A DNA stretch of 50,286 bases, from contig JAGLSE010000047.1 in assembly GCA_023135905.1 (NCBI GenBank), positions 1 to 50,286 of the forward strand. Reading direction: 5' to 3'. Of the stretch, positions 8,920 through 19,351 are shown in pieces. This DNA is from Candidatus Omnitrophota bacterium. Lineage in GTDB: Bacteria > Omnitrophota > Gorgyraeia > Duberdicusellales > 4484-171. Every line of letters begins with the position of its first letter. Position 1 is the first letter of the stretch. Made by a program: the position numbers and the translations under genes. Under the pieces are notes generated by a model, which saw only the letters and a program-made list of their open reading frames with translations, did not search any database and had not been told where the DNA came from.

Positions 8920-10482
8920 TCAATGTGGACTTCCTGGCTCATATTCTAAAATAACACCCTCAGAAATTAGTATTTTGCATATGTTATTAACCATAACTTC
9001 ATGACCCTCGGTAGTACAGTGATTAAAATCCGCTAAATATCTCTCCATGATGCTCTTAGCTATTAATTCCTGAAATGATGAGTTATTATCTACAAACGGC
9101 AAAGAGTATTTTAATGCCAAGTCCTTTAAAGATTGATTAGCTGATAAATAGGTGTAAGGATAATTCTGTATAAGTAACTTTATATTATTTTCCTGACATA
9201 TTTTAACCATTTTTTCCAAATCGCTTCTTAACCATTTAATAATTTTTTTCTCAAAACTTTTTCTATTTTCAAAAAACCTAATATAATTCAATAAAACAGC
9301 ATTTTCTTTTAACTCGGGATTATTTTCAAGAAGCCTGTTAAAGCGCTCAAGAATATATTCCGCGTCATATTCACTCTGAAATTCATATATCCTTGTTACA
9401 AAATAATAGTTCGAAAAGATTTCAGGTTTGAGCTCCATACCTTTAAATAAAAAATCAAAAGCTAAATCATATTTACCTTCATAAACATAAATAAGCCCTA
9501 ACTCTGTATATGCCCAATCTTGTTTAGAATTTAGTGCTATTGCCTTGTTGAACATTTTTTTTGCTTCTTTATATTTTCCTAGATTACTGTAACAGCATCC
9601 TAAAGATAAATACAGGCCGTCTTGATTGGGAGTTAGCTTTACTGCCTTATTATACAGATTTATTGCTTCCGTATACCTCCCCATCTCACTATAACATCCA
9701 CCCAATTCCTCATATAACCAATCTTCTTCGGGATTCAACGCCAAAGCTTCCTCAAACATCTCTTTTGCCTTTTTAAACTCTTTATGTTCGCGATAAAACT
9801 TTCCTAATTCAATATATGTACTGCTATCTTCAGAATGAAGAGCGATTTCTTTTTTGTACTTTTTTTCTTCTTCATCGTAAGAGATACAGTCACCGGGTTT
9901 ATCATTCTCATATATTGAAAAAATTCTTTTTTTAATAGGTGCGGTAATATTTTGCTTTGATCTCCATTTTAAAATTTCACCTTTAATATTTGTTTTTAAA
10001 ATCCTAACCATTTTATATATCCTTAGGTTGAGAAATATATTTTTATTACTTTTTTCATAATCTTCATACCCAAAAAGATTAAACATGTTGCTTGACCCAA
10101 CTAAAAGAATAACACAATCCGGATCATGAATCTTAATTAACCTTGTTAGACGTCGCAAGGACTGCGTTGTGTTAGACTCACACTCTCCTCCGTTGATAAC
10201 CTTAAATCGCCCATTAAATTTCTGCAACAGCACTCTCTGCAGCTGGTTAGGATAGCAATCCTCCCAATTTCCCGCTCCACCAACAGTATAAGAATCACCA
10301 ATACATAAAATCTTATATGGCGTCTCAACTTTACTAGAAATTCTTAATTCTGGAATTAGCTTTTTAGAATAAAAATGTCCGGCAAATCGCAAGCCTATTT
10401 CTAATAATCCCAGAAAAAAAATAAAGCTGAATATACTTATGCTTATCTTTGTTATTATTTTATTTCCTTTATTTTTATTCAT
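8920..10482 (-). CDS. Membrane-anchored SGNH/GDSL hydrolase with a TPR array inserted between catalytic blocks
   Basis: 520 aa with an N-terminal TM segment (ISISIFSFIFFLGLLEIGL). Block I is LCIGDSYTVGG, block II NGGECESNT and block III LLVGSSNMFN. About 5 TPR-like repeats follow (YIELGKFYREHKEFKKAKEMFEEALALNP...). Block V, DFNHCTTEGHEVM (DxxH), lies at the C-terminus. Confidence 0.8.
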   Translation of the reverse strand: MNKNKGNKIITKISISIFSFIFFLGLLEIGLRFAGHFYSKKLIPELRISSKVETPYKILCIGDSYTVGGAGNWEDCYPNQLQRVLLQKFNGRFKVINGGECESNTTQSLRRLTRLIKIHDPDCVILLVGSSNMFNLFGYEDYEKSNKNIFLNLRIYKMVRILKTNIKGEILKWRSKQNITAPIKKRIFSIYENDKPGDCISYDEEEKKYKKEIALHSEDSSTYIELGKFYREHKEFKKAKEMFEEALALNPEEDWLYEELGGCYSEMGRYTEAINLYNKAVKLTPNQDGLYLSLGCCYSNLGKYKEAKKMFNKAIALNSKQDWAYTELGLIYVYEGKYDLAFDFLFKGMELKPEIFSNYYFVTRIYEFQSEYDAEYILERFNRLLENNPELKENAVLLNYIRFFENRKSFEKKIIKWLRSDLEKMVKICQENNIKLLIQNYPYTYLSANQSLKDLALKYSLPFVDNNSSFQELIAKSIMERYLADFNHCTTEGHEVMVNNICKILISEGVILEYEPGSPH

Positions 10483-10573
10483 ACCGCAAATTATATATTC
10501 ACAACCAATAATATAAAACAGTAATATTATACCTTTATTATATTATATCTCAACTTTTATCCCAAATAGCGAT

Positions 10574-11832
10574 TTATTCTTTATGAGTAAAAGGCAAAAG
10601 TCTATACTTTATTAAAATATTCGCTATTTCTTCACTAATAATCCTATGTCCTTAGGCATTGGGATGAACAAAATCATATTCAGAATTTACAAATAAACAC
10701 TTACTTTCATCTCCCTTAATAAAATCTTCAAAAGCTAAAACGATGTCTACCAATGGTACTCTCTTTTGATTAGCCACTTCTTGCATAATTCCATTATAAA
10801 CTTTGGTTAAACTTGCACACTCAAATAACTCCATCTCGTTTACTTTTTGAAAATATAACTCCGCGTTCTTGAAATCTTTACTTATGCTACTGTAAACTCC
10901 TAAATAATAAAATGCCTTCGCAGAATAAGAATTACATTCTAAAGCCTTTTTCATTTCAGTAATGGCAGCATCATACATTTTGGATTCGCCGTAATTCAAG
11001 CCGCAACTTATGTTCCTATCTGCCTTAGCTATCAATAGTTCAGATAATTCTTTATCTTTAAAAGGAAACCGCATCGGCGTCTTAACCAAGATTACCTTTA
11101 TACCGTTTTTTTTTAAGTCAACAATCTCAATAATATTATTTTTGTAATCTTCAGCATTAACTCTTATATTTTTTTATATGAATTTCTTATATTTCCATAA
11201 AATTTAGTGTTTTTTCCTTTAAGATGAAGAATAGTTTTTTCTAGGATTCTGAATAATTTTCTTCTATTTAATATATTTTCAAAAAAAATTAAAATCTTCT
11301 TCTTTTCCTTTACATCTTTATCGCTTTTATTGTTATTTCTATAAAACCGGTATTTATCTGCATCATTAACAAGCTAAGAAACAATTATGACATCTGGTGA
11401 CAATTTCAAAATTTCATTTTTAAAAAAAAGGTTCCCCTGATAAGAGGTATAACCAATAATGCCTGCATTAATTACTTCTATATCCGGACTTAACTCATAT
11501 TTTTGTTTAAAAATTCCTTCCAATTCATACGGATAGGCATCCTCAGCTTTAACTCCCCAGCCAAAAGTAGACGACCCTCTCAGACATATTATCCGAAGAC
11601 TGCATTTATTCTTTTTTCATCCAATATCTCTACCCACTATTCTTAACCCCAAAGAATTGGTCCTTATTTTTACACCGCGGAAAGTTGTGTTCAGTTTTGG
11701 CTTTAATTTCCAAAATCGCAGTGAGTCTTGTTCAAGAATATTACAAATTTGAGACAATTCGTCCTTTTGAGAAAAAATAAACTTTATTGATAATTCTAAC
11801 ATTCCAAATAAAAACAAACAAAAAATAAACAT
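10574..11832 (-). pseudogene. Decayed paralog of the SGNH-TPR hydrolase family
   Basis: Read piecewise on the minus strand, the N-terminal fragment MFIFCLFLFGML...RIVGRDIG ends at a TGA (~11617). The sequence continues in another frame as RIICLRGSSTFGWGVKAEDAYPYELEGIF, so the block I GDS has become RGS. An in-frame TAG interrupts LSPDVIIVS*LVNDADKYRF (~11370). A further frameshift lies near the T7 run at ~11165. The TPR plus DFVHPNA segment (ORF 10652..11089) is followed by an in-frame TAA and then GHRIISEEIANILIKY, up to the stop at 10574-10576. Confidence 0.75.
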
Positions 11833-12211
11833 ATTATTTTATCTATCCATAAAGTTCACCTTCTACAATGTGTTAAATTATTCATATTTAAATGGTTACA
11901 AAAATTGATTTTACTTCTTTAAAATAACGCGAAAAAATTTAATTAACGGATATTGAAAATTTACTATTTAATTCGGTTCTGTCTTAAACAAGTTGTGCAG
12001 CTGATCTTATCCATTCTTTATTTTATCATCATTTTATAAAAACCCCTTTTATTTTCAGCAATTTCCTTGCATTATTATAAAGTTTGCTCTCATTACTCTT
12101 TGAATCATATAATATTAAATGTTTTTAAAAGGCTAACTACTTACTACAGAGGATATAGATAAAAATATTAAATTAAAAAATTTTGAAATACTATAGCTAA
12201 AATAAACCATC

Positions 12212-13927
12212 TTACTGTTTGTTAAAAATCTCTTTCCTTATAACATCAGCTATATTCTCAGCCAACAATTGACGTCCTCTATAAGTAAAATGACCAAATT
12301 CTCCTCCAAAGTTATTTATAAAATAATCTTCAAATTTTCCATACTGCAAGGCATCTTTAAATATTTTCTCATTATCTACAAAAACAATATCCTTCTCTGA
12401 ATCTAAAAAATTCTTAAGTGGTTCTATACTATAAACGGGATACTGCACGCACACCAAAGTTATTCCTTTCTTGACTGCGATTTCTTTTAGTTTTCGATAA
12501 TTATGTTTCGTTACCAGATTATAATATTTTAATCTAAATTCATTAGCTTTTTTAAAATAATTCTCTGCATCTTTAAGTTCTCCCCGCTGCATACAGATAA
12601 TTGCCTTAAGTCCATAATAACGGTCTTCAACCGCATAAGCTTTCTTCCCATAAGGGTAAGCATTTAATACTATACTATACCAATCTTCTACTTCGTTGTC
12701 TCTTCCTTGCACTCCAGAAGAAAACAATAGTTCAATATTAGAAGTTGCCATCTCAAGATATAATCTCATCTCATATGGATTTATTTTTAAGGCTCTATTA
12801 TATGATTCTATTGCTTTTTTTTGCATTACCTCGGCTTCTCGATATCTTCCCATCAATCTATATAAGTATCCCAGCTTAAAATACACCTTATTATTATCCG
12901 GATTTTTTTCTACTGCTTTCCTGTAATTTTCCTCTGCCTCTTTATACCTTCCCTCCTCTCTATAGCAATAGCCTAAATCAAAGTACGCTTCGTCGTTATC
13001 CGGATTCAGCTCTATCGCCCGCCTATACATTTGTTCTGCTTCAGTGTATCTCTCCTCCTCCCTATAACAATTCCCTATCATCACATATATATCAGAATTA
13101 TACGGATTTAATTCTTTGGCTTTTTTAAACATTTGGACTGATTCTTCATACCTTCCCACTTCTTTGAAACAATAGCCCAAACCAAAGTATGCTTCATCGT
13201 TGTCCGAATTCAACTCTATCGCCCGCTTATACATTTGCTCTGCTTCTGTATATTTTTCTTCTTCTCTGTAGCAATTCCCTAAACCTATATATGCTTTATC
13301 ATCGTTAGGATCTATTTCTATCTCCTCTTCTTTATAAATTTTTTTTAATTCCATATTTTCAACTATAATTTTTTTTCTATTAATAATATATTTCCTTTTC
13401 TGCCTGGTTTTAAATCTTCTTACTTTTTCAGTTTTATCTATAATGTAGAGCCTGACAAAATTTACCAATTTATACACCCTGAGGTCTCTAATAAAAAAGC
13501 TAGTCTTCTTTTTCAACGATTCTTCATATGCGCTGGTACTTATGAAATCATTTATCCCCATCATCACAACAAGTATATCTGGTTTATATTTATTTAAATT
13601 TTCCTCCAATCCAAACAATATAGCATCGGTCTCAATTCCGGGCACACCTTTATTCAATACCTGAAATTTTCTTCCCGTATCTGTTTTATTTAAAAATCCT
13701 TCAAGCTGAACAGGGTAAGAACCTCTGCCGCCAAAATATGTAGTAGAATCTCCCAGACAAAGAACACGAAACATAGCTTTTTGTTTAGGTAATATTCTAT
13801 TCTTCTGCTCTTGCAAAGATAATAATACAAACCCGCCTATACGTAATACTATCTCAAGTAAAATTATAGCTAGTGATAAACCAAAAATCACCAAGGTTAT
13901 CTTTTTCTTAATAGATATTTTAGACAT
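12212..13927 (-). CDS. Membrane-anchored SGNH/GDSL hydrolase with inserted TPR array (largest paralog)
   Basis: 571 aa with an N-terminal TM segment. Catalytic blocks are LCLGDSTTYFGG, NKGVPGIET and VMMGINDF. Then come multiple TPRs (NCYREEEKYTEAEQMYKRAIELN...). The C-terminus reads VCVQYPVYSIEPL...GGEFGHFTYRGRQLLAENIADVI. Confidence 0.8.
   Translation of the reverse strand: MSKISIKKKITLVIFGLSLAIILLEIVLRIGGFVLLSLQEQKNRILPKQKAMFRVLCLGDSTTYFGGRGSYPVQLEGFLNKTDTGRKFQVLNKGVPGIETDAILFGLEENLNKYKPDILVVMMGINDFISTSAYEESLKKKTSFFIRDLRVYKLVNFVRLYIIDKTEKVRRFKTRQKRKYIINRKKIIVENMELKKIYKEEEIEIDPNDDKAYIGLGNCYREEEKYTEAEQMYKRAIELNSDNDEAYFGLGYCFKEVGRYEESVQMFKKAKELNPYNSDIYVMIGNCYREEERYTEAEQMYRRAIELNPDNDEAYFDLGYCYREEGRYKEAEENYRKAVEKNPDNNKVYFKLGYLYRLMGRYREAEVMQKKAIESYNRALKINPYEMRLYLEMATSNIELLFSSGVQGRDNEVEDWYSIVLNAYPYGKKAYAVEDRYYGLKAIICMQRGELKDAENYFKKANEFRLKYYNLVTKHNYRKLKEIAVKKGITLVCVQYPVYSIEPLKNFLDSEKDIVFVDNEKIFKDALQYGKFEDYFINNFGGEFGHFTYRGRQLLAENIADVIRKEIFNKQ
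12869..13276 (-). repeat. Intragenic tandem duplication of a 204-bp (68-aa, two-TPR) unit
   Basis: Unit 1 (13276->13073) is NCYREEEKYTEAEQMYKRAIELNSDNDEAYFGLGYCFKEVGRYEE.... Unit 2 (13072->12869) is NCYREEERYTEAEQMYRRAIELNPDNDEAYFDLGYCYREEGRYKE.... The DNA is clearly alignable between the units. Confidence 0.8.
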
Positions 13928-13996
13928 AGAATGATATGATATTAAATAAAATATCGCTTACACAATTAAATAAATACAGTATATTCTATTTTGACT

Positions 13997-15661
13997 TTAT
14001 ATTTTTTTATTCTCTTTGTAATTCGTAAAACTTATTTTACTAATTACAAAAATGATGCCGCAAATCAATCTTGAACATAAAATAATTAATTTCCTTGTTA
14101 AAATATTATTCAGTATCGAAAATTTAGAAAACACAAAATCAGATATTCGACAAGAGTTGCGGCATATTATTCCCTGCAAATCTCTTCTGAAAACCTCTTC
14201 CTGTGACAAGCACGCAAATCTTTTTGGCTTGCTAAAATTAGGCTTAAAATAACCTAATTTTGGAGTAACAAAACCGAATTTATTTATTTCCCCGCTCGAT
14301 TGAATAAAATTTTTAAAAGAATTTCTCGTTTTCACGATCTCATAATATTCGGGATTTATATACATAGGGGATGCGGGTTCTAATACTGGATTAACAGTTG
14401 AAATGCCAATAATATTCTTAAACTTTTTCCTTAAATACTGTTGAAATTCAAGCGTATCTTTAACATCATCCGCTGTTTCAAAAGGTAATCCTACCGAAAA
14501 ATATAAAATTAAAGGTATACCTAAAGAATTAATATAATTTATTATTCCTATTAGTTCGGAATTAGTGTAAAACATTCCTTTATTTACCTTTCTAATGTAT
14601 TCCGAACCCGTTTCCGGAGAAATTCCAATATAATTTTTACACCGACCAGACCAAAGAGACTTAAAAGCCTTAATAACGCTCTTAGAAGGTAAAACCCAGC
14701 ATTCCAAAAAATAGTTCATTTCGATATTCTCTTCTCTAATAAGATCAAAAAGTTCTTCAAAATAACTCGGATATTTAACAAAATGCAAATAAGGAATCAT
14801 TATTTCCTTATATCCATAACGCTGAGCTTCTTTAATAGAATCAACAACTTTGGTAATGGAACGAATGCTTATATCAGTTCTTTCCGATGTTAATTTTTGA
14901 CTAATTTTAGATCCTCCACAATAACTGCAATTGAAATAACATCCCTTATGAATAAGCAAAGGAAAATAAGCAGGCGGGTAAATTTTACTTATATTGCTTG
15001 TACCAACAGTCCATCTTCCTCCACGAAAATCTTTCATTTTTATATACAACTTATAATTTTTAAGCAATTTAAAATTTGTGAAATTTAATTCATTCAAATC
15101 TTTATCTTGAATGACATAAGATATTTCATTGATAATTATTTTTTCCTGTGCTCGCCACGTCAAATTAGGAACACTAGAAAAGTCACTGCACCCTGTAGAT
15201 ATTTTTTTCACCAAGGTATCAAAAGGCCGCTCGCCATCTCCCCTGATAACAGCATCAATAAAACTAAATCCCTGCAAGATTTCTTCATGAAAGTAGCTGG
15301 CGGTCAAGCCGCCAATAACAACAAATATATTTGGATTAAAAAGTTTAATCTGCTTGGCAATCTTTATCGTATCATAACATTGATAATGCCAATGGAGACT
15401 TAATCCTACCACTTTAGGATTTGTGCTCTTTAAATAATCCTCAAGTGAAAAATGAGGATTATTTATTTTTTCTAACCCAAAATGAACAATATTGACACTA
15501 AATCCCTGTCTATAAATATAATCAGCAATTGATAACAGCCCCATAGGTAAAAGCACAGTAAACATATGTTCCCCTATTGGCCTATAAATATTTTTTAGTT
15601 TTGGTACAAAGACCAATAAGCAATCTAAACTATCTTCTACATTACTATTTGAATTATTCAT
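13997..15661 (-). CDS. B12-binding-domain radical SAM protein (divergent, long C-terminal extension)
   Basis: 554 aa. Motifs are LPMGLLSIADYIYRQGFSV, PKVVGLSLHW, VVIGGLTASYF, VIRGDGERPF, LIHKGCYFNCSYCGGS and a hydrophobic C-terminal tail. Confidence 0.8.
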   Translation of the reverse strand: MNNSNSNVEDSLDCLLVFVPKLKNIYRPIGEHMFTVLLPMGLLSIADYIYRQGFSVNIVHFGLEKINNPHFSLEDYLKSTNPKVVGLSLHWHYQCYDTIKIAKQIKLFNPNIFVVIGGLTASYFHEEILQGFSFIDAVIRGDGERPFDTLVKKISTGCSDFSSVPNLTWRAQEKIIINEISYVIQDKDLNELNFTNFKLLKNYKLYIKMKDFRGGRWTVGTSNISKIYPPAYFPLLIHKGCYFNCSYCGGSKISQKLTSERTDISIRSITKVVDSIKEAQRYGYKEIMIPYLHFVKYPSYFEELFDLIREENIEMNYFLECWVLPSKSVIKAFKSLWSGRCKNYIGISPETGSEYIRKVNKGMFYTNSELIGIINYINSLGIPLILYFSVGLPFETADDVKDTLEFQQYLRKKFKNIIGISTVNPVLEPASPMYINPEYYEIVKTRNSFKNFIQSSGEINKFGFVTPKLGYFKPNFSKPKRFACLSQEEVFRRDLQGIICRNSCRISDFVFSKFSILNNILTRKLIILCSRLICGIIFVISKISFTNYKENKKI

Positions 15662-15714
15662 AAAATAGCAGTCTTCATAATTATTTTGTTAAATATTGTT
15701 AGTTACCCTTTTTG

Positions 15715-17136
15715 CTAAATCTTCCACTTTAAAATTAAATTAACAAATCCATGAAAAAGATTACTTAGACTTATAGTTCTAACCTTAAACAGGTGATTTA
15801 AAATAACTTTGGGGCGCAAATAAAACTCCTTGTGAGCCCTGCATTGCATATCAATCAACTCTTCCGGAGTTATATTTTCAGATATACATACTAGATTTTC
15901 AGGGTTAGGATTAAAAGTAATAAAGTTTTCCCAATCACGTCGCTTGAATTTGCCAATTTTTATTAAATCCCTATAAAGGACGCTTCCAGGGAAAGGAACA
16001 GTTATCGCGAACTTAGCAAAATCTAAATCTATTTCTTTAGCAAAATTTATGGTTTTCCTAGTCATTTCTAATGTTTCTCCAGGCAAACCTATCATAAACA
16101 AACCAGCTGTCTGTATTCCTTCTTTCTTAGCATAACTAATGTTTTTTCTTATTGTGTCAAGACTATATCTTTTTTTAACATTATTCAATAACTCTTCTAC
16201 ACCGGATTCTAACCCAAACAAAATTCTTCTGCATCCAGCTCGCCGCATTTCTTTCAATAGCTCCTTATCCACCCTATCTATCCGTGTCTCACAAATCCAC
16301 ACTACTCTTTTATTTAATCCCCGCCTTATTATTTCTCTACAAAATTTCAACGCATCTTCTCTTTCAAAAGGGAAAATGGGGTCAACAAACCCTATCTGTT
16401 TAATTGCAAAACGCTCTATTAAATATTCAAATTCATCCGCAATGTTTTTATAATTTCTTTTCCTATATTCTCCTTTTATATTAGGAAGAGAACAAAAAAC
16501 GCAATTATAAGGACATCCCTTCGAACCTGAAATACTTAACCCCGGTTTTTTAACATCCATAAAAGGCAAAAACCCGTATTTTTTAAAAGGCAATAAATGC
16601 CACGCCGGATATGGAAGACTGTCTAAATCGTCTATTAATGCTCTCTGTCCGGTACTGATTATTTCTCTCTGGTCTTTAAACGAAATCCCTTTTACTTGTC
16701 TGAGATTTTTATTTTGGGATAGAGCCTGGACTAATTCCAGCATTGTATACTCACCTTCACCATGAACAATAACATCTACCGCCTCATTACTTATTATCTC
16801 TTCAGCAAAAATTGTAGCATGAACATTCCCTAAAACTATTTTGATATTTTCATTATATTCTTTGATATCTTTGGCAAGAGAGAAAACTATTGGTGCAGAA
16901 GGAGTCATGCACGATATCCCCACAATATCAGGACTTTTCCCTTTTATCAATTTTAGAACCTTAGATTTTTCTAAGCGTAGAGCAAAAGCATCGATTATTT
17001 CTACCTCTATACCATTTTTTTCCAAAATTGCCGCTATAGAAGCTAGCCCTAAGCAGGGCATGGGCTGCATAAACCTGCTAAACCTGCCAAATTTTTTAAA
17101 ATCAAAAGCCGGATTTATAAGTAATACTTTCATCAT
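15715..17136 (-). CDS. B12-binding-domain radical SAM protein
   Basis: 473 aa. Motifs are PCLGLASIAAILEKNGIEVEIID, PDIVGISC, VHGEGEYTMLEL, GSKGCPYNCVFCSL and FGLESGV. Confidence 0.85.
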   Translation of the reverse strand: MMKVLLINPAFDFKKFGRFSRFMQPMPCLGLASIAAILEKNGIEVEIIDAFALRLEKSKVLKLIKGKSPDIVGISCMTPSAPIVFSLAKDIKEYNENIKIVLGNVHATIFAEEIISNEAVDVIVHGEGEYTMLELVQALSQNKNLRQVKGISFKDQREIISTGQRALIDDLDSLPYPAWHLLPFKKYGFLPFMDVKKPGLSISGSKGCPYNCVFCSLPNIKGEYRKRNYKNIADEFEYLIERFAIKQIGFVDPIFPFEREDALKFCREIIRRGLNKRVVWICETRIDRVDKELLKEMRRAGCRRILFGLESGVEELLNNVKKRYSLDTIRKNISYAKKEGIQTAGLFMIGLPGETLEMTRKTINFAKEIDLDFAKFAITVPFPGSVLYRDLIKIGKFKRRDWENFITFNPNPENLVCISENITPEELIDMQCRAHKEFYLRPKVILNHLFKVRTISLSNLFHGFVNLILKWKI

Positions 17137-17148
17137 ATATTAAATACC

Positions 17149-18675
17149 TCAGCTATCATACCACTTAGGTTTTCTTAAATTAGAATAAGCCTTTACTCTG
17201 AAAGGGTTAAGTAAATTAAATATTGCATCGAAAAACAACCTTACAACTACCAAAAACCACCAAATATACATATTTCTTTTATATTTGCCCTTGCTTAATA
17301 TTCCTTTAATAAACCATTTAAAACCAACAAACTCTCTATTTGCCTGATAAATCAATTCGGATATTTCCTGTCTGCTTAAAAACTTTGATGGCATAACCGG
17401 TGTTGCCCAGTCGAAATTCGAAAAATCCTTTGTCTCTAGCCAGTCATTTTTCAATGCTTCATCCCATAACCGTGTACCGGGAACAGGAGTCAGCGGATGA
17501 AAAGCAGGATAATCAACTTTCAAATTCTTAGCAAATCTAATCTGCCGGTACATTGAATTTTCATCTTCTTCCCTTACACCAACTATAAAAGTTACCTGTT
17601 TAAAAATACGAGGATATCTCTTGTTTAGAATTTCCATACACTCTCTAGCTTTAGATTCAGAATAAAAATTTTTTTCCGACTGACTTAACCATTTATTTTC
17701 GTAACGTTCTACACCAATACATGTGTGAGATAAACCCGCCTTTACCATTTTGTCAAATATACCGTTCTTCATGTCTCTGAGTAAATAATCAAGACGTAAA
17801 AAAGCAAACCAATTTAAATCGAATTTTCTTTTTATCAATTTTTCAGAAAACTCATTATTCCAGTCAGCATTGATATTCCAGGATGCATCAACAAAAACTA
17901 AGCAGCGTTTATTGTACTTTTTATACAATACCTCAATCTCATTGATAGTATTGTCCACACTCTTGGTACGCCAGCGAGGTTTTAATATTTTTTCACCGTT
18001 TTTAATTTCTTCATCAGCCATTTGTAGCCACCAAGCACAAAATTTACATTTAGAGACACAACCACGGCTATGATGTATAGTCGTTCCTCCCGGAGAATAT
18101 AAAAATCTCGAAGAACCATATTTTTCCATAGGCAATAAATCGTATGCGGGAAACGGAAGTTCATCCAAATTATCTATGAGCGGACGAGAAGATGTTATTA
18201 TTTTTTTATTATTTTGCTTATAGGCTATTCCTTTAATATCCTCAAAATTTTTGTTAGAGCTGCTTATCCTTTTAACCAGCTCTAAAAGAGTATACTCACC
18301 TTCCCCCCTTACAATAAAATCTATTGCTTCATTCTGCAAAGTTTCCTCTAATAAACTAGAAAAATGCGTTCCACCTACTATACATATTGTCCTTGGATTG
18401 ATTTGCTTAGCCAAATCACAAGTTTTTAAAGCTTCATTTGCATAAAGTGCATGATTTTCCCCAACCCCAATTATATCAGGTTCATATTCTGTTATAATTT
18501 TAGATAGACTCTTCCAACCAATCTTAAGCGGCATACAATCCAAAAGTCGTACTTCAAATCCGTTATCTCTTAGAATAGCCCCTAAATAAGGTAATGCTTG
18601 TGGAACCAAAAAATTATCCTGCTCACTAACAAAAGGCCAATACTTACGCGGAGGAGCAACTAAAAGTACCTTCAT
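17149..18675 (-). CDS. B12-binding-domain radical SAM protein (first gene of the lower block)
   Basis: 508 aa. Motifs are LPYLGAILRDNGFEVRLLD, PDIIGVGE, IVGGTHFS, VRGEGEYTLLEL and HSRGCVSKCKFCAW. Confidence 0.85.
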   Translation of the reverse strand: MKVLLVAPPRKYWPFVSEQDNFLVPQALPYLGAILRDNGFEVRLLDCMPLKIGWKSLSKIITEYEPDIIGVGENHALYANEALKTCDLAKQINPRTICIVGGTHFSSLLEETLQNEAIDFIVRGEGEYTLLELVKRISSSNKNFEDIKGIAYKQNNKKIITSSRPLIDNLDELPFPAYDLLPMEKYGSSRFLYSPGGTTIHHSRGCVSKCKFCAWWLQMADEEIKNGEKILKPRWRTKSVDNTINEIEVLYKKYNKRCLVFVDASWNINADWNNEFSEKLIKRKFDLNWFAFLRLDYLLRDMKNGIFDKMVKAGLSHTCIGVERYENKWLSQSEKNFYSESKARECMEILNKRYPRIFKQVTFIVGVREEDENSMYRQIRFAKNLKVDYPAFHPLTPVPGTRLWDEALKNDWLETKDFSNFDWATPVMPSKFLSRQEISELIYQANREFVGFKWFIKGILSKGKYKRNMYIWWFLVVVRLFFDAIFNLLNPFRVKAYSNLRKPKWYDS

Positions 18676-19351
18676 TTATCCCCGATCTACTCTCATTGTT
18701 TTAATATAATATCTCTTTAAAAAGATAATTAACTTTATAAATATTATCTTATATACCCTTAAAAAACACTTTCTATCCGGAGTAATACGTTTCTGCTAAT
18801 ATTAAAAACCCATCTCTGTATATATTTGCTTTTATCAACACTTCATTTGTATTATTTTCAGTTATTTTAACATATTCACTCTTTGGTTAAATATACTTTG
18901 AATAACATTTTAGGAAGCATGTCAAACTTAGTTTAAATTCAGTAGGTCAGAGATAAAATAAGTTTAGATATTTACAAAAACATTAACCTAACCTTACAAA
19001 AAAGGAAACATTCTAAAAGAATAGCACGGAAACTGAGTAGATGGAAGAGAAAAATTCCGAGCGCAAGTAAGCAATAAAATATATGCCTGAATGGGTGAAA
19101 TTAACGCTGCAAACATAAAAGTAAAATTTATTCAAACCTTGATTCACTCGAAATTGAAGTGGTAAATGATATATACAAAAATAGGTGGAAATGTTGATTG
19201 AGCTAAAACATATACCCCAAAAGATAAAAAATACATAAGTGGATCCTTCATCCTATCAAAAACTAAAACTGCCATACATAAAAAAATGAACAAACCTTTA
19301 AAAGTCCCGAAATAAAATAAACGAGCATAAATAACAAAAATTTACTTTTAC

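Noticed and set aside
18890-18925. A minus-strand TTGACA (18925-18920) as the -35 element of the promoter for the lower radical SAM operon.
   Set aside because: The sequence at the expected -10 position (TTCAAA or TATTCA with a 15-17 nt spacer) is poor, and the site is ~245 nt from the start codon. The evidence is too weak to list as a feature.
18950-19330. Hydrophobic minus-strand mini-ORFs (MLVYFISGLLKVCSFFYVWQF, MKDPLMYFLSFGVYVLAQSTFPPIFVYIIYHFNFE, MFAALISPIQAYILLLTCARNFSL...) that might be remnants of a decayed membrane-protein gene.
   Set aside because: The minus strand here is T-rich, so any frame translates to F/L/I/Y/V-rich hydrophobic peptides by default. I found no alignable similarity to the membrane proteins in the window, so this is not supportable without a tblastx search.
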